DNA from: Bacteroidia bacterium
Lineage (GTDB): Bacteria; Bacteroidota; Bacteroidia; Bacteroidales; Prolixibacteraceae
Length of the DNA stretch: 64,000 nucleotides
Reading direction: 5' to 3'
NCBI GenBank assembly: GCA_026391295.1
Contig: JAPLDS010000042.1
Location: 65,684-129,683, forward strand
Position numbers and translations under genes: made by a program
In this document: piece by piece, positions 1 to 9,195 of the stretch
How the letters are laid out: each line of letters begins with the position of its first letter
How positions within the stretch are numbered: the stretch's first letter is position 1
Notes under the pieces: generated by a model
What the model saw: only the letters and a program-made list of their open reading frames with translations
What the model was told of the DNA's origin: nothing
Database searches by the model: none

Positions 1-1785
1 TACTTTTCGCTCTCTCTCTCCTGCAAAAAGAGGGGCGATCAATAAATTATCGCCAACCATAAACTGATCTTTGATCTCTTTTCGAGTTGCTTTAGCATAA
101 GGATTATCTGTTGAACTTAACTTCCCTGCGACTATTTCAGGTGCCGAATAAAAACCAGCAAGGAGGTTCATGGCCCGCATAGGGGGTCTTCCATAAAAGG
201 AATACTCTGCAAAGCATGTATAAATATACGGTATCAATTGCATTCTTAGTTTTGCTACGTCGGCAACCTGTTTTTCAACTTCTGGAAACGACCAAGGCTT
301 GGTCCCATCAGACCAAGCATTAAGCATCGCCAAGGGGGAGAAGCAGACCGTCTGCATTCGACGAAGCCACTCTTCAGCTGTTGGAGAGCTCCGTACTTCG
401 GGAGTCCATAACACCCCGATAAATGAGCTGTTAATCAACGCAGTGATAAAATCACGATGACTGTAATAATCGTTATAAATCACATATGGATACGAAGATC
501 CACCGGCATTCGAAGCTCGTACCAATCCATAGGTTCTTCTATTTTGTTCTCGATAAAGCTGAGTCGTCATCTTCTGCATCATCACCCCATAAAGCTGGCG
601 CATCTGCTCAGCTGGGATGCCAGATGGAAACCTGGTCACATCAGACCAAAGCCAATTGTCGAAACCATCGTTCTCGTCCATTTTAAATCCACTAACGCCA
701 AGATCAAGTTCGTGCTGCTTTAGATGATCTCCAATGATTTTATTTGTCTGAGGCAGCCCATAATCAGGGATAAATCCATTCCAAACGGTATGAGAGGCGG
801 TGAATGGCTTTAACTTCTTAATAAGCTCTGATTCGGGAGAGATATACGGGTTCATCCAAAGATTCGTTTGGACACCTTGATCTTTCAGCTGAGCCATAAA
901 TTTTGCAGGATCAGGGAATCGCCCTTTATCCCATTCGTAGGTGCATGGATATGATTTACTTTGCCATCCTGGCTCAAGTCCAATAACGGACAAGGGGAAT
1001 TGATGTTGCTTAAACTCTTTTACCTCATTTAAAACTAGACTATCGGAATAAAGCGTGGGTGTGCGGTGCCAAAATCCTAACCCCCATTTAGGTGGCAAGG
1101 TTCCACCTCCATTGAAGAGGTTGAATCGACTGACTGCATCTAGTGGTGTAGGTCCTCCAAAAACTAAAATCTCGACTCCTTGTGCAGGTATCAAGACCGA
1201 GATATTGTCGGAATAAGGCTGTGCACTCCATGATTTATCGGTATTCCGATCACGAGCATCCATCGGCACTTTACTCGTGGCACTTACTGCGGTACCCACC
1301 CAAATATCGATATACCGTGCCGAGTTAATAAAGACTCCGTACCCTTTTGATGAGACATAAAATGGGACCGGTGCATGGCTTCGTCCGTTATCAGTACCTC
1401 CATAATGGTCCATATGAAGACGAAGAATCTTTCCGCGTTGCTCAACTGTTTTGAAGTTTAGACCAAGGCCAAAGATTTGCTCTCCTACTTCTAGCGGAAG
1501 CTGGAGATAGGTCTTTCCATCAAATATGGTCGCTTTAATCTCATTCTCCGACAACGGAAAAGAGAGGTCACCCATAGCGGTTAACGCATCAGTTTTTGGC
1601 TTGACCTGAGAGACTGAAGTTAGATTTATCTTTTCAGGCTGGCCAGCTTCAGCCGCCCAAACACCGGCTGATTTTTTTGTCCAATGCAGCGGAACATCTT
1701 GCGCATAAGTCTGAATGAAAGGAGATACTAACAAGATTAAAATTACAAGACGACGTAATCTAATCCATTTAATAGGGTTGATCAT
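1..1785 (-). CDS. glycoside hydrolase family 31 protein (alpha-glucosidase/alpha-xylosidase-like); N-terminal 595 codons only, C-terminus lies beyond the window start
   Basis: Absent from the ORF track because it has no stop codon in the window. Hand translation of the minus strand from the ATG (complement of 1783-1785) stays open to position 1. It gives MINPIKWIRLRRLVILILLVSPFIQTYAQD (signal peptide), then PPKWGLGFWHR, then LGVSGFKMDENDGF (GH31-type catalytic K-x-D-E region), then GVLWTPEVRS. Confidence 0.8.
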   Translation of the reverse strand, partial: MINPIKWIRLRRLVILILLVSPFIQTYAQDVPLHWTKKSAGVWAAEAGQPEKINLTSVSQVKPKTDALTAMGDLSFPLSENEIKATIFDGKTYLQLPLEVGEQIFGLGLNFKTVEQRGKILRLHMDHYGGTDNGRSHAPVPFYVSSKGYGVFINSARYIDIWVGTAVSATSKVPMDARDRNTDKSWSAQPYSDNISVLIPAQGVEILVFGGPTPLDAVSRFNLFNGGGTLPPKWGLGFWHRTPTLYSDSLVLNEVKEFKQHQFPLSVIGLEPGWQSKSYPCTYEWDKGRFPDPAKFMAQLKDQGVQTNLWMNPYISPESELIKKLKPFTASHTVWNGFIPDYGLPQTNKIIGDHLKQHELDLGVSGFKMDENDGFDNWLWSDVTRFPSGIPAEQMRQLYGVMMQKMTTQLYREQNRRTYGLVRASNAGGSSYPYVIYNDYYSHRDFITALINSSFIGVLWTPEVRSSPTAEEWLRRMQTVCFSPLAMLNAWSDGTKPWSFPEVEKQVADVAKLRMQLIPYIYTCFAEYSFYGRPPMRAMNLLAGFYSAPEIVAGKLSSTDNPYAKATRKEIKDQFMVGDNLLIAPLFAGERERKV

Positions 1786-1812
1786 AGGTGGTTATTTAGG
1801 TTAATAGGTTAC

Positions 1813-1869
1813 AAAAGAGCCATGATTAAAATATCACCATTCAAAATGAGAATATCGCAATCATGGCTC
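1813..1869 (-). terminator. hairpin downstream of the RND operon (11-bp perfect stem, about 31-nt loop, short T-run on the minus strand)
   Basis: gagccatgatt (1817-1827) pairs with aatcatggctc (1859-1869). On the minus strand the hairpin is followed by cttttgt. The loop is unusually large for an intrinsic terminator. Confidence 0.4.
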
Positions 1870-1909
1870 CAAATTTAGTTGTTAAAAAACAACTTATTTA
1901 ACAATCAAT

Positions 1910-4900
1910 TTAATTTTCGTTCATCATCTTGATTCTTCTCAAATTCCTTCTCCGTTTGAACTTCAAGCGGATGATATAATCAAGATAGTACAATGCTGGC
2001 ACAAGAATCAAGGTCAAGAATGTGGCAAAGCTAAGTCCAAAGATAATGGTCCAAGCCAAAGGTCCCCAGAAAGCCACATTGTCACCTCCAAAATAGATGT
2101 GAGGATTAAGCTCCGTGAACAACGTCACAAAATTGATGTTCATACCAACAGCCAACGGAACAAGTCCAAGCATGGTGGCAGTTGCAGTCAAGACAACTGG
2201 CGTGATACGTGTTCTTCCAGCCTGAATAATGGCATCACGCGTCTTTAATCCTCGCTGCTTCATCACATCACAGAATTCAACGATCAGAATCCCATTCCGA
2301 ACCACAATACCTCCTAAAGCGACAATCCCTAAACCAGTCATCATGATAACGAGATCCATTTTAAACAGCATCACCCCAAGCAGAACTCCTATGATACTAA
2401 ACAGTACCTCGCTTAGAATAATGATGGTCTTGCTGATCGATCCAAACTGGGTGATCAGGATAAAGAAGATGATGCCGAGTGCAATAATCATGGCTTTCAT
2501 TAAGAACATAGAGGTCTCCTGCTGGTCCTCCTGCTCTCCAGTTAACTTAAATTCAGTCCCTTCATGCTTATTAAATTTCAACGCCTCCTTTTTAATCAAA
2601 GGGACAATATCATTTGCAGCATAACCTGAAAGAACGTTCGAATAAACCGTAATAACTCTTTTCTGATTAAGTCTTTTAATGCCGGCGTATGAAGTCTCAT
2701 ATTTTATCTTGGCTACCGTTGAGAGCGGAACGCTCTTCAGAAGACCCGTATTCATGTCCCGGTAGGTAATCTGCAAATTGATTAGCGAATTGATGTTATC
2801 CCGAGTAATTTTGTGATAACGCAAGGTTATTGGATATTCATCTTCGTCTTGCTTAAACTTAGATACTTCTTTGCCAAATAAGGCAGTCCGTATTTCCATT
2901 CCGATCTGTCCGGTGGAGATTCCCTGACGCATAGCGCGCTCCCGATCAATGTCAATAGTTATCTCCGGTGAGTTCATCTCAAAGTCGGCTTTAAGCTCCT
3001 CAACACCTGGAATCCGCAGTGAGTCGAGATACACCTTAAACGCAAAAGCATCAGATACTAAATTCTCCAAATTCTGACTAGTGACCTCGATGTTGATTGG
3101 CTTACCTGTCGGAGGACCATTACTATTCTTGTTCACAGTAATCTCTGCACCAGGGATACGACCCACACCTTCTCTGATCATATTCATATATTTAGTGGTA
3201 GAGATTCCTGTTGTACGCCTTTTGTTCTCGATGAAATTAACCGAAACTTTTCCTTTATTAAACGCGTTACCTGTCGAAGCAAATCCTTGCTCTTCGGCCC
3301 CAATGGTAACATTAGAAATAATCGACTCAACATCTGCGTTATTCCGTCCTAGCACCTTATAGACCCTGGTCTCCGCAATTTTTGTAACACTATCAGTTAC
3401 TATTTGATCGGTACCTCCTGGCATCTTAATATAGACATACACGTTATTCGGATCATTCTCCGGGAAGAACAAAACTTTTGGCTTAACAATGCCAACAAGA
3501 AATAGGGTAAAGAAGAACAATGCCACCATAGAGGCAAGCATCCACACAGCCCGATTCCCTTTTAGGACCTTTCGGATAGTTCTTTCATAAGCATCCATTA
3601 ACGAAGGCCATAATCTCTCCTGAAACCCTAAGATCCAAAAACGAATCGCATAGTTGTAGGCCACAATAAGTATTATGGCAATCACGAGGAAGTTAGCCAA
3701 TCCATAAGATTTTGAGGTATAGCAGACCAATGAAACTCCGAATGCACCAATTAAATACTTCCGCATCTTACGCCATGACTTCTGGTTATCAACTTCGGCA
3801 TCATATTCGTGTTGCATAAAGGAGACCGCAAAAACTGGATTAAAGATATAAGCCACAAACAAGGAGGCAAATAGCGTAATGATTAAAGTCACTGGCAAGT
3901 AATGCATAAACTGCCCAACGATTCCTGGCCAGAATGCAAGTGGGAAGAATGGTGCCAAGGTTGTTAAAGTACCCGATAGGATCGGAAGAAAAACCTCACC
4001 AGCAGCCATCTTAGCGGCCACTTTAATATCTGGATTATTCCGATGCAATCGATGGGTGTTCTCTATGACGACAATTGCATCATCTACCACAATCCCAAGG
4101 GCAAAAATAAACCCAAACATCACAATCATGTTCATGGTAAATCCGATACCTGGCAGGACTAAATAAGCCACTGCCATCGATAGTGGAACCGAAAGACCCA
4201 CAAAGAATGAGTTGGTGAAGCCCATAAAAAACATCAATACAATCGTTACTAGAATAAATCCAATGATGATGGTATTATTAAGCTCTTCAAGGGTATTGCG
4301 TGTCAACAAACTCTGATCCCCCGTAACAGAAAGGGTAAGATCCGTAGGGAAAACTTTTCCTTTTAGTTCATTGTCAATAATATCTTTAATATGATCCGAA
4401 GCATCTAAAAGGTTTGCTCCACTCTTTTTTATCACATTCAAGGTGATCACATTATTGCCATCTAAACGAGCAAAACTCTCTTGCTCTTTAAAATCATCCT
4501 TAATATCAGCTAAGTCACTCAAGCGAATAAAAGCACCGCTAGACGAATGAATAATTATGTCTCTTAAGGCTTGCACTGTTTGGAATTGCCCTTTTAAGCG
4601 AACCGTATTTTTGGTCCCATTGGTGGTGATTATACCTCCAGAAATGGTAATATTTTCCCCTGCTACGGCTCTTTCAATATCGCTAAACGTAACTTTTGCA
4701 GCCTGCATCTTAAAGATGTCGGCCTCAATCTGTATCTCGCGTTCCAAGGCACCAACTATATCGACACGAGTGATCTCTTTTATTCCTTCAAACTTATCCT
4801 GTGCCACATCGGCATATTTCTTAAGCTTATCCAGACTATAGTTCCCTACGATGTTGATATACATAACCGGAAATTCCGATAAGTCGATATCCAGAACTTG

Positions 4901-5311
4901 AGGCTGATCAGGCAAATCATTTGGAAGATCGGGCTTCGACTTATCAACGGCATCGCGCACACGCTGCTTGGCATCAGAGATCGACACATTAGGATCAAAC
5001 TCAACAATGATGGAAGAGAAATCGGGAACCGAATTACTCGTTACCTTCTTCACATCAGCAATTGACTTCAACTGCTTTTCAATCGGACGAGAGACTAAGT
5101 TCTCCATATCCTCAGGTGAAGTGCCTGGATAAGGCGTGTTCACCACGATATAAGGGATAATTACTTGAGGAAATTGCTCCTTTGGAATTAACAAGTAATT
5201 CATCAAACCCAGAAGTGAGATCAGAAAAGCAAGGACGTAAATACTCGTCTTGTTATCGATCGCCCAACTGGTTGGAAGAAATTCTTTGATTTTATGTTTA
5301 TCTATTGACAT
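1910..5311 (-). CDS. efflux RND transporter permease subunit (AcrB/HAE family), 1133 aa
   Basis: 12-TM RND architecture with two large periplasmic loops. Typical motifs include GIVVDDAIVVIEN and LGGIVVRNGILIVEF. It is the last gene of a TetR/TolC/MFP/RND operon. ATG start verified. Confidence 0.95.
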   Translation of the reverse strand: MSIDKHKIKEFLPTSWAIDNKTSIYVLAFLISLLGLMNYLLIPKEQFPQVIIPYIVVNTPYPGTSPEDMENLVSRPIEKQLKSIADVKKVTSNSVPDFSSIIVEFDPNVSISDAKQRVRDAVDKSKPDLPNDLPDQPQVLDIDLSEFPVMYINIVGNYSLDKLKKYADVAQDKFEGIKEITRVDIVGALEREIQIEADIFKMQAAKVTFSDIERAVAGENITISGGIITTNGTKNTVRLKGQFQTVQALRDIIIHSSSGAFIRLSDLADIKDDFKEQESFARLDGNNVITLNVIKKSGANLLDASDHIKDIIDNELKGKVFPTDLTLSVTGDQSLLTRNTLEELNNTIIIGFILVTIVLMFFMGFTNSFFVGLSVPLSMAVAYLVLPGIGFTMNMIVMFGFIFALGIVVDDAIVVIENTHRLHRNNPDIKVAAKMAAGEVFLPILSGTLTTLAPFFPLAFWPGIVGQFMHYLPVTLIITLFASLFVAYIFNPVFAVSFMQHEYDAEVDNQKSWRKMRKYLIGAFGVSLVCYTSKSYGLANFLVIAIILIVAYNYAIRFWILGFQERLWPSLMDAYERTIRKVLKGNRAVWMLASMVALFFFTLFLVGIVKPKVLFFPENDPNNVYVYIKMPGGTDQIVTDSVTKIAETRVYKVLGRNNADVESIISNVTIGAEEQGFASTGNAFNKGKVSVNFIENKRRTTGISTTKYMNMIREGVGRIPGAEITVNKNSNGPPTGKPINIEVTSQNLENLVSDAFAFKVYLDSLRIPGVEELKADFEMNSPEITIDIDRERAMRQGISTGQIGMEIRTALFGKEVSKFKQDEDEYPITLRYHKITRDNINSLINLQITYRDMNTGLLKSVPLSTVAKIKYETSYAGIKRLNQKRVITVYSNVLSGYAANDIVPLIKKEALKFNKHEGTEFKLTGEQEDQQETSMFLMKAMIIALGIIFFILITQFGSISKTIIILSEVLFSIIGVLLGVMLFKMDLVIMMTGLGIVALGGIVVRNGILIVEFCDVMKQRGLKTRDAIIQAGRTRITPVVLTATATMLGLVPLAVGMNINFVTLFTELNPHIYFGGDNVAFWGPLAWTIIFGLSFATFLTLILVPALYYLDYIIRLKFKRRRNLRRIKMMNEN

Positions 5312-5330
5312 ATCTTAATGTTGATGATGG

Positions 5331-6443
5331 TTAAAAGGAAATTAGGGATCCTTCGTTTAAGCTTTGAAATCCGGCTGTGATGATCTTATCGCCAGCAGAT
5401 ATTCCTTCAAGGATTTCAGTAGTTCCATTGTAGTCCATCCCAAGTTTTACTGGGCGTCGTGTTGCAATGCTCTGATTATTCTTTTGGGTTACGATGTAAA
5501 TATATTTGCCATCTTTATTGTTCTGAACAAAGTTAACTGGAACACAAATAGCCTTTTCATTGGTGTAATCGTTAATTTTGACGTACGCAATCATATTGGC
5601 TCTCAATTTAACCTCCCGAGATTGAATCTTGCACTCAATTTGAAAAGTACGGTTAGTAGGATCAATAAAATTACTTGCAAAAAATAGCTTCGTCTCAATC
5701 TCTGATCCTAAATCTGGAAAACGAACGATTGCCTTATTCCCATTCTGAATTCTTGAAGCATAGTTCTCTGAAACCTCTGCTTTTACCTTTGCAACATTCA
5801 TGTTGATAACCCGAATAGCAGAGGTCGGCAAGCCCGGACTAGCCATCTGACCCACTTTTAATGGATTACTCTCTACCGTTCCAGCGATTGGAGAAATAAC
5901 TCTCGCCATGTCAATCTGACCTTGAAGCGTCTTCAGTCTATTTTCAAGTGCCTCTTTATTTGTCTTGGCTTGCAAAAACTGTATCTCACTGCCGATATTC
6001 TTTTCCCATAACGCTTTTTGCTTCAAAAAAAGATTGCTAACTAAATCATATTGAGTCTTAATCTCATCAAGCGTTTGTTTGAGCACGGCCGCATCCAACT
6101 CGGCCAAAACTTGACCTTTTTTCACATTGGTTCCTTCAGTAACATAGACTGCTGTCACAATTCCAGGCACTTGAGGGCTAACAGCAACATTCTGATCCCC
6201 GTCAACGACACCCTGAACTTCAACATAATGACTAAATACACTTTCTGATACAGAAAGCACTTTTACTGGAAATGATTTAACTTCAGCTGAAGCGGGATTC
6301 ACTTCTGCCTCAATTTTTGCAATCTGCTTGTTTAAGGCATCACGCTGAGCTTTTAGCTGCTCTAAATTTCCTTTGGGATCGGTTGGTTGACTGCAAGCAA
6401 CTAAGGCTGCAGCAAGAACAAATACGTAGATACTATTTTTCAT
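5331..6443 (-). CDS. efflux RND transporter periplasmic adaptor subunit (HlyD/MFP family lipoprotein)
   Basis: Lipoprotein signal MKNSIYVFVLAAALVACSQ, a coiled-coil hairpin, and barrel-sandwich motifs (VKKGQVLAELD, SPIAGTV). Lies between the TolC-like and RND genes. Confidence 0.9.
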   Translation of the reverse strand: MKNSIYVFVLAAALVACSQPTDPKGNLEQLKAQRDALNKQIAKIEAEVNPASAEVKSFPVKVLSVSESVFSHYVEVQGVVDGDQNVAVSPQVPGIVTAVYVTEGTNVKKGQVLAELDAAVLKQTLDEIKTQYDLVSNLFLKQKALWEKNIGSEIQFLQAKTNKEALENRLKTLQGQIDMARVISPIAGTVESNPLKVGQMASPGLPTSAIRVINMNVAKVKAEVSENYASRIQNGNKAIVRFPDLGSEIETKLFFASNFIDPTNRTFQIECKIQSREVKLRANMIAYVKINDYTNEKAICVPVNFVQNNKDGKYIYIVTQKNNQSIATRRPVKLGMDYNGTTEILEGISAGDKIITAGFQSLNEGSLISF

Positions 6444-6452
6444 ATGATTGAT

Positions 6453-7793
6453 TTATTTAAGTTTCGTTGAATTGACATTGTATAATTTTTCCAATTTAGT
6501 TCTAGCACCCACCACATCGTATATTCCTTGATAGTAATTGGTTAAACTATTTAAATATTGATTTTGAATGGTCATCAGCTCCATACTTGAGGAGACGCCT
6601 TGTTTGTATTTTTCCAGAGTTCGTAGGTAAATATTATCTGATAGCTCCTTGCTTTTTTTCTGGATCTGAAATTTCTCCAGTTTTGTGTGAAGGTCGTTCT
6701 GGCACTGAGCAGCCTGCATCAGCAAAGTATTGCCGATGTATAATTTATTGTTAGTCGCCTTTTCATAGGTCAAACGTTTCTGGTAAACGGCAGCCATCCG
6801 CTGTCCACTGCTAAAGATTGGGATACTTAAATTAACACCAACAACGTTCTTTGGGGCAAAATCAAATATGGGAGTCTTCCATTTTTCTTGGTGGTTGTAA
6901 AAGGCATTAATCGTTGGGAAATAATTAGAGATCTCTCTCTTTAAGTCATATTGAGCTAGGAGTTCATTGGTAGAAAGCAACTTATAATCAACGCTCTTCT
7001 CAATAATAAATGGCTCTTTGACTAAGGCATTAAGTTTTACCAGTTGAGGTTCTTCCATCCGCAACGGATCCGAGAGAACAAAATTGGTCTTTTCAGCTAG
7101 CCCCATTTCAATCTTCAATAGACGCTTGCCCATCTCTAGGTTATTATCAATCTGGGAGATCGCATTCGCGATGGTATTGGCTGTTAATTCCAACTGCTCA
7201 ACATCGGTCTTCTCCACAAAACCTTGCTTGTGCATCTCTGTAATATCGGATAGGGTCTTGGTCACATTAACAAGATTTGATTGCAAGACTTTACGACTCT
7301 CTTGTCCAACAAGGACCATAAAATAGGTGTTCGTGACCGATTCGGTAATGTCAAGTATCGATTTTTCTAACGACTCTTCCGAAAGATTGTAATAGACCTT
7401 CGAGGCTTTTAATCCAATCAGATAAGCGCCATTAAAGATCAGCTGCGATACGGTAAGATCGTACACAATATTTTGTTTAACGCCTAACTCAATAACAGCA
7501 TCAGATGCTGCCTTTGGATCAAAGTTCGAAGCAGGCAAAGTTGGCACAGATGGAATATAATTATATTTCGCTGTTCCATCCACATGAGGCATCCCGATAG
7601 CTAAGGTTTCCCAAATTTTCTTTTGAGCCATCTTTAGATCAAGCTGTGAATTTTTAATGTTGAGGTTGTTCTCCTGCGCAATTTTAATCGCTTCACTTAA
7701 TGAATAGCGAAGTGTGTCTTGTGCTTTCCCCCCATTCAGTACCCCCAACATTAGAAGTACGATGAGGATAATCGGTTTTTTCTGCAATAACAT
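6453..7793 (-). CDS. TolC family outer-membrane efflux protein
   Basis: Signal peptide, two repeated OEP-type halves, and its position in the efflux operon. Confidence 0.88.
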   Translation of the reverse strand: MLLQKKPIILIVLLMLGVLNGGKAQDTLRYSLSEAIKIAQENNLNIKNSQLDLKMAQKKIWETLAIGMPHVDGTAKYNYIPSVPTLPASNFDPKAASDAVIELGVKQNIVYDLTVSQLIFNGAYLIGLKASKVYYNLSEESLEKSILDITESVTNTYFMVLVGQESRKVLQSNLVNVTKTLSDITEMHKQGFVEKTDVEQLELTANTIANAISQIDNNLEMGKRLLKIEMGLAEKTNFVLSDPLRMEEPQLVKLNALVKEPFIIEKSVDYKLLSTNELLAQYDLKREISNYFPTINAFYNHQEKWKTPIFDFAPKNVVGVNLSIPIFSSGQRMAAVYQKRLTYEKATNNKLYIGNTLLMQAAQCQNDLHTKLEKFQIQKKSKELSDNIYLRTLEKYKQGVSSSMELMTIQNQYLNSLTNYYQGIYDVVGARTKLEKLYNVNSTKLK

Positions 7794-7806
7794 CCTAGTC
7801 CAATTT

Positions 7807-8463
7807 TTAGTTTCTACTCTTATTTAGTAATTCTGTAATCTCATTTTTTCTAGCTTCAAAATAGGCAACGCCTGCAGCGGTAGATATTGCTCTGATATGT
7901 TGTTCAAACATGATTTTAAACAACTCATCAAAAGATAAATCAGCCCCTTTGCAATAGTCCGAATTGTGAATTTCAACTAGATAATTCATGTAAATAGCGA
8001 TGATAGCATCTGCATTAAGGTCGCTTCGATAAAGTCCCTCTTTTGTGCCATTATCAAGATTTAGACGCATGGATAAGGCCACATGAGCCATTTTCTTCTC
8101 CTGGTATTCCAGAAAAAGTGGCTCATAGTATTTCCTAAGTTCAAATAAAATAATGGGATTAAATCGCTTCATCTCTTCGTAAACCATCAAGCTGACCTTG
8201 AAAAGTTTCTCGATGGCGTTTACCTCCTGAGCGCTAATAGAACGAACTACTTCAACCCACCGTTTTTGTTCGTATTCAAAAATCCGTGCAATCAAATCCT
8301 CTTTGCTCTTCACAAATCGATAGAGCGTTTTCTTAGAGATACCTAGCTTGTGACTGATATCATCCATATTTAAATTCTTAATCCCGAACTCAAAAAACAA
8401 TACCTTGATCTGCTCGAGCATCGGCTCAAACTTCTGGTTCAATAGATCTGTTTCTTCATCCAT
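7807..8463 (-). CDS. TetR/AcrR family transcriptional regulator (first gene of the efflux operon)
   Basis: N-terminal HTH FGIKNLNMDDISHKLGISKKTLYRFVKSKEDLI. The ORF-track start at 8475 is a TTG, so I use the ATG at 8461-8463 (MDEETDLL). Confidence 0.88.
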   Translation of the reverse strand: MDEETDLLNQKFEPMLEQIKVLFFEFGIKNLNMDDISHKLGISKKTLYRFVKSKEDLIARIFEYEQKRWVEVVRSISAQEVNAIEKLFKVSLMVYEEMKRFNPIILFELRKYYEPLFLEYQEKKMAHVALSMRLNLDNGTKEGLYRSDLNADAIIAIYMNYLVEIHNSDYCKGADLSFDELFKIMFEQHIRAISTAAGVAYFEARKNEITELLNKSRN

Positions 8464-8487
8464 TTTGCAATTCAATTATTTGAGTTG

Positions 8488-8495
8488 CAAAACTA
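8488..8495 (-). promoter_or_regulatory. candidate -7 promoter box for the tetR-efflux operon
   Basis: The plus strand reads CAAAACTA, which is TAGTTTTG on the minus strand. This matches the Bacteroidetes -7 consensus TAnnTTTG, 25 nt upstream of the tetR ATG. Confidence 0.3.
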
Positions 8496-8543
8496 AGAAA
8501 CAATTTACACAATAATCGTTTCCAATGTGTTAAATTTGCCTTA

Positions 8544-8558
8544 ATTCTTTTAAAGAAT
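8544..8558. promoter_or_regulatory. 15-bp palindrome ATTCTTT-t-AAAGAAT, candidate TetR operator
   Basis: 7-bp perfect arms around one central base, in the divergent tetR / small-ORF intergenic region. The size and symmetry are typical of TetR-family operators. Confidence 0.25.
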
Positions 8559-8580
8559 AGGTTATCCTATTATATTATCC

Positions 8581-8588
8581 TACTTTTG
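8581..8588 (+). promoter_or_regulatory. candidate -7 promoter box (TACTTTTG)
   Basis: Matches TAnnTTTG, 50 nt upstream of the ATG at 8638. Confidence 0.35.
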
Positions 8589-8637
8589 CAGTCAGCTTTA
8601 GCACAAAGTTGACTTTATTCGACAACAAACTTAAGCC

Positions 8638-9030
8638 ATGTCTAAAACAAGTGCCTATGCCCTTATTCAACTCGTTGTATTGGTCTTTTACCTCCTAAGA
8701 CCAATCATGCCTTATGTCGAATATTCTGTTCAGAAAGCCTACATTGTAAAGAATCTTTGTATTAATAGAGACAAGCCAAACAGTAGCTGTGAGGGGAAGT
8801 GCTATTTAGAAAAACAGGTCAAGAAGAGTGTGGAGTCGGATGAATTACCAGACAAGTCTACAAATCAAAAAATTCAGAATAAAGAGGTTAAAGATTTTAT
8901 AGGTACTCATATTACAGTACCACAAGCCACCGAATGCGAGATTGTCTTACTCGTTTTATCAGAAGAAAAGACCACAACCCCATTTCTCCCATCCCTTTTT
9001 GTCCCTCCTCAAGAGCAAATTCTCATTTAG
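8638..9030 (+). CDS. small membrane protein of unknown function with a C-x8-C-x3-C motif
   Basis: 130 aa. N-terminal TM helix AYALIQLVVLVFYLLRPIMPYV, then NLCINRDKPNSSCEGKCYLEKQ. Has its own promoter box and sits directly upstream of the TonB-dependent receptor. Confidence 0.6.
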   Translation: MSKTSAYALIQLVVLVFYLLRPIMPYVEYSVQKAYIVKNLCINRDKPNSSCEGKCYLEKQVKKSVESDELPDKSTNQKIQNKEVKDFIGTHITVPQATECEIVLLVLSEEKTTTPFLPSLFVPPQEQILI

Positions 9031-9195
9031 TCATTACGATTCTTAGTTGAAGTTCCAATATTAGCTGGAACTACTTCATCGTACACTTTTGTTCAAGATC
9101 AACCAAAGATTGAACTTGGAACGATGCGTATCATACGTGCGAAATGCAACCCATTTGATGCGCCAAATAAATTATTTTACATAAATATCACACCA

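Noticed and set aside
457-723. Plus-strand ORFs 457-723 and 486-686 from the ORF track
   Set aside because: They lie antisense inside the long uninterrupted minus-strand GH31 reading frame (1-1785). Their products are low-complexity and have no recognisable motifs, so they are shadow ORFs.
2229-4841. Plus-strand ORFs 2229-2624, 3081-3362 and 4557-4841
   Set aside because: All are antisense to the well-supported RND permease gene. Their composition (Ile/Ser/Pro-rich) is typical of reverse-frame artefacts.
9124-9195. N-terminal extension of the TonB-dependent receptor ORF (MRIIRAKCNPFDAPNKLFYINITP)
   Set aside because: The internal ATG at 9196 gives a canonical signal peptide directly. The extension is hydrophilic and would bury the signal sequence.
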